Assembly: GCA_021780225.1 (NCBI GenBank)
Contig: JAJXZF010000045.1
Coordinates: 1,847-65,846, forward strand
Direction of reading: 5' to 3'
Source of the DNA: Deltaproteobacteria bacterium
Lineage (GTDB): Bacteria > Desulfobacterota > Binatia > Binatales > Binataceae
DNA: 64,000 bases
Shown here: positions 20,355 to 29,619 of the stretch, piece after piece
Layout: every line of letters starts with the position of its first letter
Position numbering within the stretch: position 1 is the stretch's first letter
Notes under the pieces: model-generated
What the model was told of the DNA's origin: nothing
Seen by the model: only the letters and a program-made list of their open reading frames with translations
Database searches by the model: none
Made by a program: the position numbers and the translations under genes

Positions 20355-20965
20355 TAAACGTTTGCGTAAGAGTGATGTTCATAGCGATAGCGTTTTCTCT
20401 TGCGCATATAATAGCGATGCGTCGAATGAACTGGCTCAGACACCGGCGTGATCTTCACGCGCGCCACGCCCGTGTTCATCATTCCAATATCCGCGGCTGC
20501 GCGTCGCGACAAATCCAGACTCCGGCCACGGACGTATGGGCCGTGATCATTGATCCGAACATAGACCGACCGGCCATTCTTCAGGTTGGTTACTCGCACT
20601 ACCGAGCCTAGCGGCAGCGTCCGCGAGGCGGCTGTGAGCGCATTTGGATTAAAACGCTCGCCGTCGGACGTCTTTCGATTTGCGAATTCCTGTCCGTACC
20701 ATGAAGCGCGAACGATTTGGGTGTGGGGCAATCCGCCCGTATTTTCGGATTGATACGCCTGATGCGAAGAATAGAGATACGGATTGGCCGATTGACCGAA
20801 AAGGTTCGACATCGAATACCCGCCGCATCCGCTGACGGTGAGTCCCGCCAACGCGGCTAACACGGCCAGCGCGATCGATCCGAGCCATTCCGGCCCGCGC
20901 GCGGAGACCGGCGCCGAATCTGGCAGGCACGAAACTCTTCTTGTAATTCCAGCCGTTTCCGCCAT
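20351..20965 (-). CDS. rlpA: RlpA-family lytic transglycosylase lipoprotein (DPBB domain only)
   Basis: Lipobox-like VSGC; ASWYG, GERFNPNALTAASRTLPLGS, VRINDHGPY, LDLS. No SPOR domain. Confidence 0.88.
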   Translation of the reverse strand: MAETAGITRRVSCLPDSAPVSARGPEWLGSIALAVLAALAGLTVSGCGGYSMSNLFGQSANPYLYSSHQAYQSENTGGLPHTQIVRASWYGQEFANRKTSDGERFNPNALTAASRTLPLGSVVRVTNLKNGRSVYVRINDHGPYVRGRSLDLSRRAAADIGMMNTGVARVKITPVSEPVHSTHRYYMRKRKRYRYEHHSYANVY

Positions 20966-21129
20966 TTGCTACCATTTCAGCAACGGTGGCGCCATCGGCT
21001 TTGGCGCCCGTTTGATAGCCATCGATGGCTCTCGTCACCTTAATTCTTCGGTTCTCGTCAACGACCGTGTAAAAATTACCCACCGTATTTCTGTTCGGTG
21101 CGGTCGCTTCCGCGAAATCAATTGCGGCT

Positions 21130-21158
21130 TTGCGACGCTCGATAGTCGGCGCTAAGCT
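21130..21158 (+). promoter_or_regulatory. Sigma70-type promoter directly before rpe (leaderless-type)
   Basis: TTGCGA-17 nt-TAAGCT, 8 nt before ATG 21167; no Shine-Dalgarno. Confidence 0.55.
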
Positions 21159-21166
21159 CCCAATCA

Positions 21167-21835
21167 ATGGCGCGTACTTTCAAGATTGCACCGTCGATTC
21201 TTTCGGCCGATTTCACCCGGTTGGGCGAGGAAATTCGTAAAGTCGAAGCCGCTGGCGCGGATCTTATTCATTTTGACGTTATGGATGGGCATTTCGTGCC
21301 CAATTTGTCTATTGGCATTCCGGTGCTGGAGTCTTTGCGCAAAATCACGCACTTGCCGCTCGACGCGCATCTGATGATCGAGCGGCCCGAACGTTACCTC
21401 GAAGCGTTCGTCAAAGCGGGCGCCGATTCGATTTCCGTGCATGCCGAAGTATGCCCGGACCTGCCCGCGATAGCCGCGCGGATGCGCAAGCTGGGAGTGC
21501 GCGCGTCGGTGGCGATCAATCCCGAAACTCCGCCCGATCGCACGCTCGCCGCAGCGGCGGATTTCGAGATGATTCTGGTGATGAGCGTGCATCCGGGCTT
21601 CGGCGGACAGGGATTCATCCCGGAAACGCTCGACAAAGTAAGGACTATTCGCGCCGACCTCGATCGCCGCGGCCTCGATTTGGATATCGAGATCGACGGC
21701 GGCATAAAAGTTGACAATATCGATCGTGCGGCGGCGGCCGGCGCCAACGTTTTCGTCTCCGGGTCGGGAATTTTTGGACATCAGGACTACGGCGCGATTA
21801 TCGGGTCGATGAGGTCGCGGATCGGCGCCGCGTGA
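21167..21835 (+). CDS. rpe: Ribulose-phosphate 3-epimerase
   Basis: IAPSILSADF, HFDVMDGHFVPN, DAHLMI, MSVHPGFGGQ, IDGG. Confidence 0.98.
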   Translation: MARTFKIAPSILSADFTRLGEEIRKVEAAGADLIHFDVMDGHFVPNLSIGIPVLESLRKITHLPLDAHLMIERPERYLEAFVKAGADSISVHAEVCPDLPAIAARMRKLGVRASVAINPETPPDRTLAAAADFEMILVMSVHPGFGGQGFIPETLDKVRTIRADLDRRGLDLDIEIDGGIKVDNIDRAAAAGANVFVSGSGIFGHQDYGAIIGSMRSRIGAA

Positions 21836-21892
21836 CGGTCGCGCCCGCCTGCGGCGCGTCCGGGCGGAGCCGGTTACGAGCGAGCGATTGCC

Positions 21893-22675
21893 ATGAAGAG
21901 CGAATTCTTTGCCGGGCCGCATCCGCGGATAATCGCGCATCGCGGAGCCAGCGCCGCCTTTCCCGAGAACACGATGCCGGCGTTCGCGGCCGCGGCGGAT
22001 TTGGGCGTCGCCTATATCGAGCTTGACGTCCATATGACGCGCGAAGGCAGGATCGTCGTCGCCCATGACGAGAACCTCGAACGCGTGGCGGGCCGTCCCG
22101 GCATGATCGCGGAGCTGACCTTCGACGAGCTTGGCCGCTACGACGCCGGCTACAACTTCGAAGCGCCGGGAGGGGCAGGATTTCCGTTTCGCGGCGCGGG
22201 CGTGCGGGTTCCCGAACTGGCCGAAGTATTCGATCGATGCGCGCGACAGCGCTTCATCATTGAAATCAAGCAATCATCGCCCAGTTTGACAGAGCGATTG
22301 CTGGCCGCGATCGAGCGGGCCGGGATGATCGAGCGGGTGTTGATCGCCAGCGAACATCAGAAACCGATCGACGAGATTCGCGCCGCGGCGCCCCTTATCC
22401 CGACGAATCTGCCGAGTCTCGAAACCGGCGAATTTTTTCGCACGATGCCATCTGGCGCCGACCCTTATCTGCCGCGTGGCGCAGCTCTACAGATTCCGCC
22501 GGAATATCACGGATGGAAATTGGCGACGGCCGAAAGCGTCGCCGCGGCGCATCGCGCCGGCCTCGAAGTTCACGTCTGGACGGTCAACGACGCCGCCGAG
22601 ATGCGCGCGCTGCTGCAAATCGGCGTGGACGGGATTATCACGGACTCTGGTTTCTCGCACCGTCTCCAAGATTAA
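21893..22675 (+). CDS. Glycerophosphodiester phosphodiesterase
   Basis: IAHRGAS, PENT, ELDV, HD, EIK, WTVND, GVDGIITD. Confidence 0.92.
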   Translation: MKSEFFAGPHPRIIAHRGASAAFPENTMPAFAAAADLGVAYIELDVHMTREGRIVVAHDENLERVAGRPGMIAELTFDELGRYDAGYNFEAPGGAGFPFRGAGVRVPELAEVFDRCARQRFIIEIKQSSPSLTERLLAAIERAGMIERVLIASEHQKPIDEIRAAAPLIPTNLPSLETGEFFRTMPSGADPYLPRGAALQIPPEYHGWKLATAESVAAAHRAGLEVHVWTVNDAAEMRALLQIGVDGIITDSGFSHRLQD

Positions 22676-22771
22676 CTAAATAGAGCGATCAAGTGCCGGG
22701 TTCCGCCGATCGCCGTCACGCCGCGACGGCGATCGGGCCGCAATTGATCCGGCGGAATCGCGAGAATCCAG

Positions 22772-25252
22772 ATGACGAACTCGAATCCGGCCGGACGTAC
22801 GCTCGTCGATTTCTTTTCCGAATTCGCGGACCGCGAGACCGAGTTCGTCGTTTCCGACGACGGGTTTCGGCGATGGCGCTATTCCTATCGTCAGGTTGCG
22901 CAAGCGGCCCGAGCGTTTGCCGTCAAGCTGCGCGCCGCAGAGATCGTCAAAGGCGACAAAATTTTGATTTGGTCGGAGAACCGGCCCGAATGGCTTGCGG
23001 CTTTCTGGGGCGCCGTATGGTGCGGGGTGATCGTCGTACCCGTAGATTACCGGTCTTCGGCGGAAGCGATGCGGAACATAGCGCGGGCCGTTCATCCCCG
23101 CGCGATTGCGATCGGCGAAGAGGTCGAGAGCGCCGCGCTTGGCGATGGTCTGCCGGTCTGGCCGCTCGCCGAAATCGATATGTCCGCGAATGCCGGCGAG
23201 CCTCGTATCCCGCCCGCCGCGATCGGTCCGGACGACGCGGTGGAATTCGTCTTCACTTCCGGTTCGACGGCGGCGCCCAAAGGCGTGATCATCACCCATC
23301 GCAATATCGTCGCCGATCTTGCGCCGATCGAGCGGGAAGCCGCGAAGTATCGGCGGCTGGTGCGGATCCTCGGCCCGTTGCGTTTCCTCGACCTGATGCC
23401 GCTGAGCCACATGTTCGGCCAGGCGCTCGCGACATTTTTTCCGCCGCTGCTTCCGGGCGCGGCGGTCTTCATGCGCAGCTACGCCGCGCGCGACGTCATA
23501 CGGCAGATCCGCGCCTGCCGCGTCGCTTTCATGGTCGGCGCGCCAAAGATGCTCGAGCTGCTGCGCCAGTTCGTCCTGAAACAATTTCCGGAACTGGCGC
23601 AAATCGGCGGCGACGATTCGCCGTGGATCGTCCGGCGCTTGCGCTACCGGCGGGTCCATCGGTTGTTCGGCGTCAAGTTCATCGGCTTCGTGGTCGGCGG
23701 CGCGTCATTGGAGCGCCGGCTCGAGCATTTCTGGCGTCAACTCGGATTCATGGTGGTGCAGGGTTACGGGCTGACCGAGACCGCGCCGATCGTTTCGTTC
23801 AACCATCCGTTTCATCTGAAGCCGCATACTGTGGGCAAGCCGCTTGACGGCGTCGAGCTCAGGATCGCGCCGGACGGCGAGATCCTGGTGCGCGGCGACA
23901 TCGTGACGCCGGGTTATTGCAACGCGCCCGCGGCGGCCTCGGAAGCCTTCGCGGACGGATGGTTTCATACCGGCGACATCGGCGCGATCGACGCGGACGG
24001 CTACCTTACGATTCGCGGCCGCAAAAAAGAGATGATCGTCACGCCGGAGGGTCTCAAGGTCTTTCCGGAGGACGTCGAGATCGTGCTCAACCGGATTCCC
24101 GGCGTGCGCGATTCCGCGGCGGTCGGCCGCGAGCGGGTGCATGCGGTGCTGGTCCTCGATCCGGACGTTAACGCGGAAGAGGTCGTGCGGCGCGCGAACG
24201 CGGCGCTGGAGACCCATCAGCAGATTCGCGGTGTCTCCGTATGGACGAACGGCGATTTGCCGCGCACCGAAGGCGCCGGCAAGCTCATGCGCGCCGCGAT
24301 TCAGCGCTGGGTCGATGGCGGCGCGCCGCCGGCCGTATCGAGTCCGTCGGGCGAGATTGCGGCGATGCTGCGCAAGTATGCGCCGGCGCGGCGGATCGAC
24401 GATGAGACCACGCTCGATGACCTCGGCCTCACTTCACTCGAACAGGTCGAGCTGATGGTCGATCTCGAAGAGCGCTTCAACCTGACGGTTGACGAGAGCG
24501 CGTTGAGCGGCGCGGTTCGCGTAGGCGATTTGGCCGAAAGAATCGCCGGCGCGGCGGCGCCGGAAGACGCGGGTAGCGCGGACTGGAATCGCCGCGCGCC
24601 GGCGCGGCTGCTGCGGCGCATCCTGCTCGGCGCGATCGTCATTCCGCTTACCCGCCGGGCGGCGCGAATTCGCGTCAGCGGCCTCGACCGGATCGAATCG
24701 CACAAGGGGCCGTTGGTTTTCGCCGCGAACCATCAGAGCCATCTCGACACGCCGGTGATACTTGCGGCTTTGCCACGGCGCTGGCGCCGCCGGATCGCGC
24801 CCGCGATGTGGCGGGAATTCTTCGCCGCGCATTTCCATCCGGAGGGCCGATCGCTCGCACGCCGCGCGGCCAGCGCCGCGGCGCTCTATCTGGCGATGCT
24901 GGTATTCAATGCGTTTCCGATTTCGCAGGAAGAAATCGGTCTGCGCGGCTCGTTGCGCCACGTCGGCGATCTGGTCGGCGACGGGTGGTCGATTTTGATC
25001 TTTCCTGAAGGCGGGCGTTCGGCCACCGGCGGGGTTGAAGCATTCCATGCCGGGGTTGGGATGATCGGCGCGCGGATGCGCGTCGCGGTAGCGCCGGTGC
25101 GATTGCGCGGAGTCGATCGCGTGCTGCCGCGCGGCGCGCGATGGATTCGGCGCGGCGCGGTCGAGGTGGCGTTTGGCGATCCGATCGAACTGCGCGGCGA
25201 CGACTATGCCGCCCTTGCGCGGCGGGTCGAAGCCGCCGTGCGCGCCCTGTGA
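22772..25252 (+). CDS. Fused acyl-adenylation (AMP-binding) + ACP + PlsC-type acyltransferase
   Basis: FTSGSTAAPKG, GYGLTE, FHTGD; ACP motif LGLTSLEQVEL; acyltransferase NHQSHLD and FPEGGRS. Confidence 0.9.
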   Translation: MTNSNPAGRTLVDFFSEFADRETEFVVSDDGFRRWRYSYRQVAQAARAFAVKLRAAEIVKGDKILIWSENRPEWLAAFWGAVWCGVIVVPVDYRSSAEAMRNIARAVHPRAIAIGEEVESAALGDGLPVWPLAEIDMSANAGEPRIPPAAIGPDDAVEFVFTSGSTAAPKGVIITHRNIVADLAPIEREAAKYRRLVRILGPLRFLDLMPLSHMFGQALATFFPPLLPGAAVFMRSYAARDVIRQIRACRVAFMVGAPKMLELLRQFVLKQFPELAQIGGDDSPWIVRRLRYRRVHRLFGVKFIGFVVGGASLERRLEHFWRQLGFMVVQGYGLTETAPIVSFNHPFHLKPHTVGKPLDGVELRIAPDGEILVRGDIVTPGYCNAPAAASEAFADGWFHTGDIGAIDADGYLTIRGRKKEMIVTPEGLKVFPEDVEIVLNRIPGVRDSAAVGRERVHAVLVLDPDVNAEEVVRRANAALETHQQIRGVSVWTNGDLPRTEGAGKLMRAAIQRWVDGGAPPAVSSPSGEIAAMLRKYAPARRIDDETTLDDLGLTSLEQVELMVDLEERFNLTVDESALSGAVRVGDLAERIAGAAAPEDAGSADWNRRAPARLLRRILLGAIVIPLTRRAARIRVSGLDRIESHKGPLVFAANHQSHLDTPVILAALPRRWRRRIAPAMWREFFAAHFHPEGRSLARRAASAAALYLAMLVFNAFPISQEEIGLRGSLRHVGDLVGDGWSILIFPEGGRSATGGVEAFHAGVGMIGARMRVAVAPVRLRGVDRVLPRGARWIRRGAVEVAFGDPIELRGDDYAALARRVEAAVRAL

Positions 25253-25339
25253 AGCACGAGAGCGAGCTTTCCCGCGCGCACAGGCATTTGTTAGGATTCG
25301 GCGTCTTGCGACGAATCGCAGCCGACGGAGAGCATTACG

Positions 25340-26356
25340 ATGAAGCTCGATACGACTCTAACGACACGCGACCTGAGCGAGGTCGCGGAACTCGCACGCC
25401 AGGCGGAAGACCAGGGATTCGACGCGATCTGGTCGATGGAGGCGGGCAACGACGGCCTGCTGCCGCTGGCGATCGCCGCCGAGCATACGCGGCGCGTCAA
25501 GCTGGGGCCGGCGGTCGCGATCGCTTTTCCGCGCAGTCCGATGGCGATGGCGTATGCGGCGTGGGACTTGAGCGCGCTCTCGCAGGGGCGCTTCATCCTT
25601 GGGCTCGGCACGCAGGTCAAAGGCCATATCGAGCGGCGCTACGGCGTGAAATGGGAGCCGCCGGTGGCGAAGCTGCGCGATTACGTGCAGGCGATCCGGA
25701 CGATATTCAAATGCTGGCAGGAGGGCGGCAGGAAACTTTCCTACTCCGGCAAGCACTACAATCTTTCGCTGATGACGCCGTTTTTCGCCCCGAAGCCGCA
25801 CAACTATCAGATTCCGATTTACGTCGCGGGCGTGAACGCGCACATTCTGCGGATGGCGGGCGAAATCTGCGACGGCTTGCACGCCCATCCGTTCACCTCG
25901 GCCAAATATCTGCGCGAGTACCTTGTGCCGCATATCCAGGAAGGGCTTGCGAAATCCGGCCGCGCGCGCAAGGACTTCACGATCACCACGACGCCGTTCG
26001 TGATCGTCGGCCGCAACGCCGATGAGATCGAGCGCGCCAAAGCCGGAGTGCGCCAGCAGATTTCGTTTTACGCCTCGACCCGGACCTATCAGGTGGTGCT
26101 GGAGACCCACGGATGGGCCGAGGTCGCGCCCAAGCTTAACGAACTCGCCGCCAAGGGCGATTGGGCCGGGATGCCGAAGCTGATCACCGACGACATGCTC
26201 GAGGTTTATGCGGTGACCGGCACCTATGAAAATATTGGCGAGAAGGTGCGCGAGCGTTTCGACGGCCTGCTCGATCGCGTGAACTTTTACGTGCCGTACA
26301 AGGCCGCGTTCGACGACGCGACCTGGCGGCGGCTGTGCAAGCAGATGAACGGCTGA
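25340..26356 (+). CDS. LLM-class oxidoreductase, probably F420-dependent (TIGR03617-like)
   Basis: AIAFPRSPM..AYAAWDL, GRFILGLGTQVKGHIERRYG, LMTPFF, HAHPF, FYASTRTY. Confidence 0.85.
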   Translation: MKLDTTLTTRDLSEVAELARQAEDQGFDAIWSMEAGNDGLLPLAIAAEHTRRVKLGPAVAIAFPRSPMAMAYAAWDLSALSQGRFILGLGTQVKGHIERRYGVKWEPPVAKLRDYVQAIRTIFKCWQEGGRKLSYSGKHYNLSLMTPFFAPKPHNYQIPIYVAGVNAHILRMAGEICDGLHAHPFTSAKYLREYLVPHIQEGLAKSGRARKDFTITTTPFVIVGRNADEIERAKAGVRQQISFYASTRTYQVVLETHGWAEVAPKLNELAAKGDWAGMPKLITDDMLEVYAVTGTYENIGEKVRERFDGLLDRVNFYVPYKAAFDDATWRRLCKQMNG

Positions 26357-26380
26357 GGCCTTTCGGCGCAATCCGCTGAT

Positions 26381-27355
26381 TCAGGATCGATCATGCGGCC
26401 CGGACGCTGAATTATCCGGCGTTCGGGCCGTTTCGTTTCGCGCCGTCCTGCCGCCCATCGCGCGCGCGAGCGCCGCCGGCAAAAATGTGCGCGCGAGCCG
26501 CAGCATGGTTTTGAAATCGGCCGGCCGCGCCCGCAGCGCGCGCATGAAACAGCCGCGCGCCCTTTGCGGATCGCCGTCGCGCAGCGCCAGCAATCCTTCA
26601 TAGCCCCACGCGCTCGCCGCCGCCCGCCGGGTGCCGCGAATCAATCCACGCGCGGCGCCGCCGTAGCGTTCGCCGAGGCGACGAATAAAAATTTCCTGAT
26701 ACGGCAGATATTTTTCGATCCGCACGCCCGGCGATTCCCATCGGTAGCGCACCAGCCGTTCCGGCACGTAAGCGAACTCGCCCCGCTCGCGCATCACGAT
26801 GAAAAAAAACGGGTCTTCGTAGGCGGCGGAACGAAACTCTTCGACGAAGCCGCCCGTCGCCAGAAACGCGTCGCGGCGCATCACCGCCGTGCTCGGAATA
26901 ATCGGCCACCAGCGCGTGAGCATGTCGGCCATCGACGGCGCCCGGGCGCAATCCGGCGTGACGTAAGAGCCGGCGACCTGATTGCCGGCCGCGTCGATCG
27001 GAATCGCGTCGCTGAAGACGAGCACGACTTCGGGCCGTTCGCCGAGCGGCGGAACGGTGCGCGCGAGCTTCTCCGGCGTCCATTCGTCATCGGCGTCGAG
27101 GAACGCGAGAAATTCTCCCGTGGCCATCCGGGCGCCGGCGTTGCGCGCCGCCGCCGGGCCGCGATTCGGCTGATGGAGCGTGCGAATCCGATCGCCAAAG
27201 CCGGCGAGAATCGCGCGGGTCGAATCGGTCGAGCCGTCATCGACGACGATCGTTTCGAGCGCGCCGTCGAACCGCTGCGCGAGCACGCTTGCGACCGCGC
27301 GGCCGATCGTCGCCGCGCCGTTGTAAACCGGTATCACCGCCGACACGCGCGCCAT
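26381..27355 (-). CDS. Glycosyltransferase family 2
   Basis: MARVSAVIPVYNG, VVDDGSTD, NRGPAAARNAG, FLDADD, YED. Real start at 27355, inside the 758-aa track ORF. Confidence 0.92.
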   Translation of the reverse strand: MARVSAVIPVYNGAATIGRAVASVLAQRFDGALETIVVDDGSTDSTRAILAGFGDRIRTLHQPNRGPAAARNAGARMATGEFLAFLDADDEWTPEKLARTVPPLGERPEVVLVFSDAIPIDAAGNQVAGSYVTPDCARAPSMADMLTRWWPIIPSTAVMRRDAFLATGGFVEEFRSAAYEDPFFFIVMRERGEFAYVPERLVRYRWESPGVRIEKYLPYQEIFIRRLGERYGGAARGLIRGTRRAAASAWGYEGLLALRDGDPQRARGCFMRALRARPADFKTMLRLARTFLPAALARAMGGRTARNETARTPDNSASGPHDRS

Positions 27356-27460
27356 CGCGGACGAATCTAGCATACCGGCCGCCGCCCATGCGGCGGGCGC
27401 GGCGGCGCGATGGCAAATCGGGGGCGGCGCGGATAAGCTCGCGCCGGGGAGAACGCTGGG

Positions 27461-28759
27461 ATGGCCGAGACGCAGGCTTCGATTGCGATCGCGGCGGCGG
27501 AAGCCGTCCGCTGGCCGCGGCGATATACGGTCGTTCTGATGTTCGCGCTGGCGACGGCGCTCTGTTACGTCGATCGCACCAATATCGCGATCGCAATTAT
27601 CCCGCTCGCGCGCGATCACGGTTACGGCCCGGAACAGACGGGGCTGGTGCTGTCCGCTTTTTTCTGGGGCTACCTGTGGTTGCAGATGGTGGGCGGATGG
27701 ATGGCGGATCGGTTCGGCGGCAAGCGCGTGCTGGCGGCCGGCGTCGCGCTCTGGTCGGTCGCGACGTTTCTCACGCCGCTCGCGGCGTCGTGGTCCTTCG
27801 GCGCGCTGCTCGCGATGCGCGCGCTGCTGGGCGCGGGCGAGGCGGTGAATTTTCCGGCGGTGCACAGTCTCGCGGCGCGCTGGACGATCGCGTCCGAACG
27901 CGCGCGGGCGATTTCGCTCCATTTCAGCGGCGTCGCTTTCGGCACGATTGTCGCGATGCTGATCAGCCCGATTATCATCCTGCGCTGCGGATGGCCGGCG
28001 GTCTTTTATATTTCGGGCGCGATCGGCGTGCTCTGGCTGGCGGCGTGGCAGATCAAAGCGGCCGACGGTCCCGAGAATTGCAGTGGCGTGAGCGAGACCG
28101 AGATGGCGATCATCGCCGCCGGGCGCGCCGATCAGATTACGCTGGCCGATTCGATTCCGTGGCGCGCAATCATGCGCGAAAAAGCGGTCTGGGCGATCGT
28201 CATCGCCCATCTCTGCAATAATTTCGGCTTCTACATCATCCTGCTGTGGCTGCCGAGCTATCTGAAGGCGACTTTCGGCGTGACGATGGCGCGGCTGGGG
28301 ATGTTTTCGGTCGTGCCGTGGATCGCGGCGTTCGTCGTGCAGAATTTGAGCGGCTGGCTCGCCGACGGATGGCATCGGCGCGGAGTTCCGTTGACGGTGG
28401 TGCGCAAGACGATGCAGGCGGCGGCGTTTTCGATCGGCGCCGCGCCGCTGCTGCTGCTGCCGGCGATGCATTCGCCGGTTGCGGCGGTCGCGCTGGTCAC
28501 GCTGTCGCTGGCCGGCACGGCGATCGGGTCGGGCGCTTTCGCCGCGAACCATCTCGACGTCGCGCCGCGCTACGCTGGTATTCTGATGGGCTTGTCGAAC
28601 ACGGCGGCGACCGTGCCGGGAATCGTGGGCGTGGCCGTGACCGGCTTCATCCTGCAACGCACCGGTTCGTTCAACGGCGCTTTTTACCTGACCGTCGCGA
28701 TTTATCTGACCGGGATGGTTTGCTATCTCGCGATGGCGAGCGGCGAGCGCAAGATCTGA
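27461..28759 (+). CDS. MFS transporter (anion:cation symporter, ACS family)
   Basis: YVDRTNI, SAFFWGY..Q..GG..ADRFGGK, WLPSYL, NHLDVAPRYAG; about 12 TM segments. Confidence 0.9.
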   Translation: MAETQASIAIAAAEAVRWPRRYTVVLMFALATALCYVDRTNIAIAIIPLARDHGYGPEQTGLVLSAFFWGYLWLQMVGGWMADRFGGKRVLAAGVALWSVATFLTPLAASWSFGALLAMRALLGAGEAVNFPAVHSLAARWTIASERARAISLHFSGVAFGTIVAMLISPIIILRCGWPAVFYISGAIGVLWLAAWQIKAADGPENCSGVSETEMAIIAAGRADQITLADSIPWRAIMREKAVWAIVIAHLCNNFGFYIILLWLPSYLKATFGVTMARLGMFSVVPWIAAFVVQNLSGWLADGWHRRGVPLTVVRKTMQAAAFSIGAAPLLLLPAMHSPVAAVALVTLSLAGTAIGSGAFAANHLDVAPRYAGILMGLSNTAATVPGIVGVAVTGFILQRTGSFNGAFYLTVAIYLTGMVCYLAMASGERKI

Positions 28760-28794
28760 CGCGCGCGCCGCGCAGGACGCGATCGCGCGCGGGC

Positions 28795-29619
28795 TCAGCG
28801 CGGGCGCGGCTTGACGCCGATCAACGCTTCGAGGGCGGCGTGCAGATGGCCGTTGCTGGCGACCAAGCCGGGCACCTTCACCGATTTTTTATTGAAAACG
28901 ATCGGATCGCCGTGAATGTCCGTGACCGCGCCGCCGGCCGCGAGGATCAAGGCCGCGCCCGAGGCGATATCCCATTCGCTTTTCGGCGTGAGGGTAAAAG
29001 TCGCGTCCGCCCGTCCGGCCGCGACCAGCGCGAGCTTGTAGGCGACGCTGCCGATCGCCCGCACCGTCATCGAACCTTCGTAGGCTTTCCATTCCCCGCG
29101 CGAGGTTTCGCTGCGGCTGGCGAGGATCGTCGCATGATCGAGCGTGGCGGTGGAACTGACCGCGGCCGGCGCGTGATCGACGAAGCATCCGAAACCCGCG
29201 CCGCCGGAGAAAAGCTCGCGCTTGATCGGATTGTAGGTCACCCCGAGCACCGGCGAACCGGCTTCGGTCAGCGCGATCGCCACGACGAACTCCGGAATCC
29301 CTTTGATGAATTCCTTGGTGCCGTCGAGCGGATCGACGATCCATACGCGTTCGCGGTCGAGCCGGCTGCCGTCATCGGCGGTCTCCTCCGAGAGCCATCC
29401 GTATTCGGGAAAGCCGCCGTGCAGGAGTTGTTTCAGGCGTGCGTCGGCCTCGAAATCCGCGGTGGTGACGGGGTTGTCCTTGCCTTTGGAATCGATGTCG
29501 TAGCCGCGTTCGCGATAGTAGCGCTCGAGGATCGCGCCGGCGGCGAGCGCCGCCTGATGGGCGGCCTCGAGCTCGCGTGCGAATTGCCAATGCCGGGCGG
29601 CGGTTTCAGCTTCTTTCAT
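28795..29619 (-). CDS. 3'(2'),5'-bisphosphate nucleotidase CysQ / inositol monophosphatase family
   Basis: [34 protein letters not shown]. Confidence 0.85.
   Translation of the reverse strand: MKEAETAARHWQFARELEAAHQAALAAGAILERYYRERGYDIDSKGKDNPVTTADFEADARLKQLLHGGFPEYGWLSEETADDGSRLDRERVWIVDPLDGTKEFIKGIPEFVVAIALTEAGSPVLGVTYNPIKRELFSGGAGFGCFVDHAPAAVSSTATLDHATILASRSETSRGEWKAYEGSMTVRAIGSVAYKLALVAAGRADATFTLTPKSEWDIASGAALILAAGGAVTDIHGDPIVFNKKSVKVPGLVASNGHLHAALEALIGVKPRPR

Noticed and set aside
20150-20611. 153-aa plus-strand ORF
   Set aside because: Reads through the MITE/REP region and antisense to rlpA; no recognisable motif.
26802-26809. A8/T8 homopolymers in glycosyltransferase-type genes (also 63539-63546, 63953-63960) as phase-variation tracts
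   Set aside because: They are short, in frame and encode Phe runs; a T8 also occurs in engB, so there is no specific enrichment.
26381-28657. 758-aa ORF in the track
   Set aside because: The N-terminal part is the antisense shadow of the MFS gene; only 26381-27355 is a real GT2.
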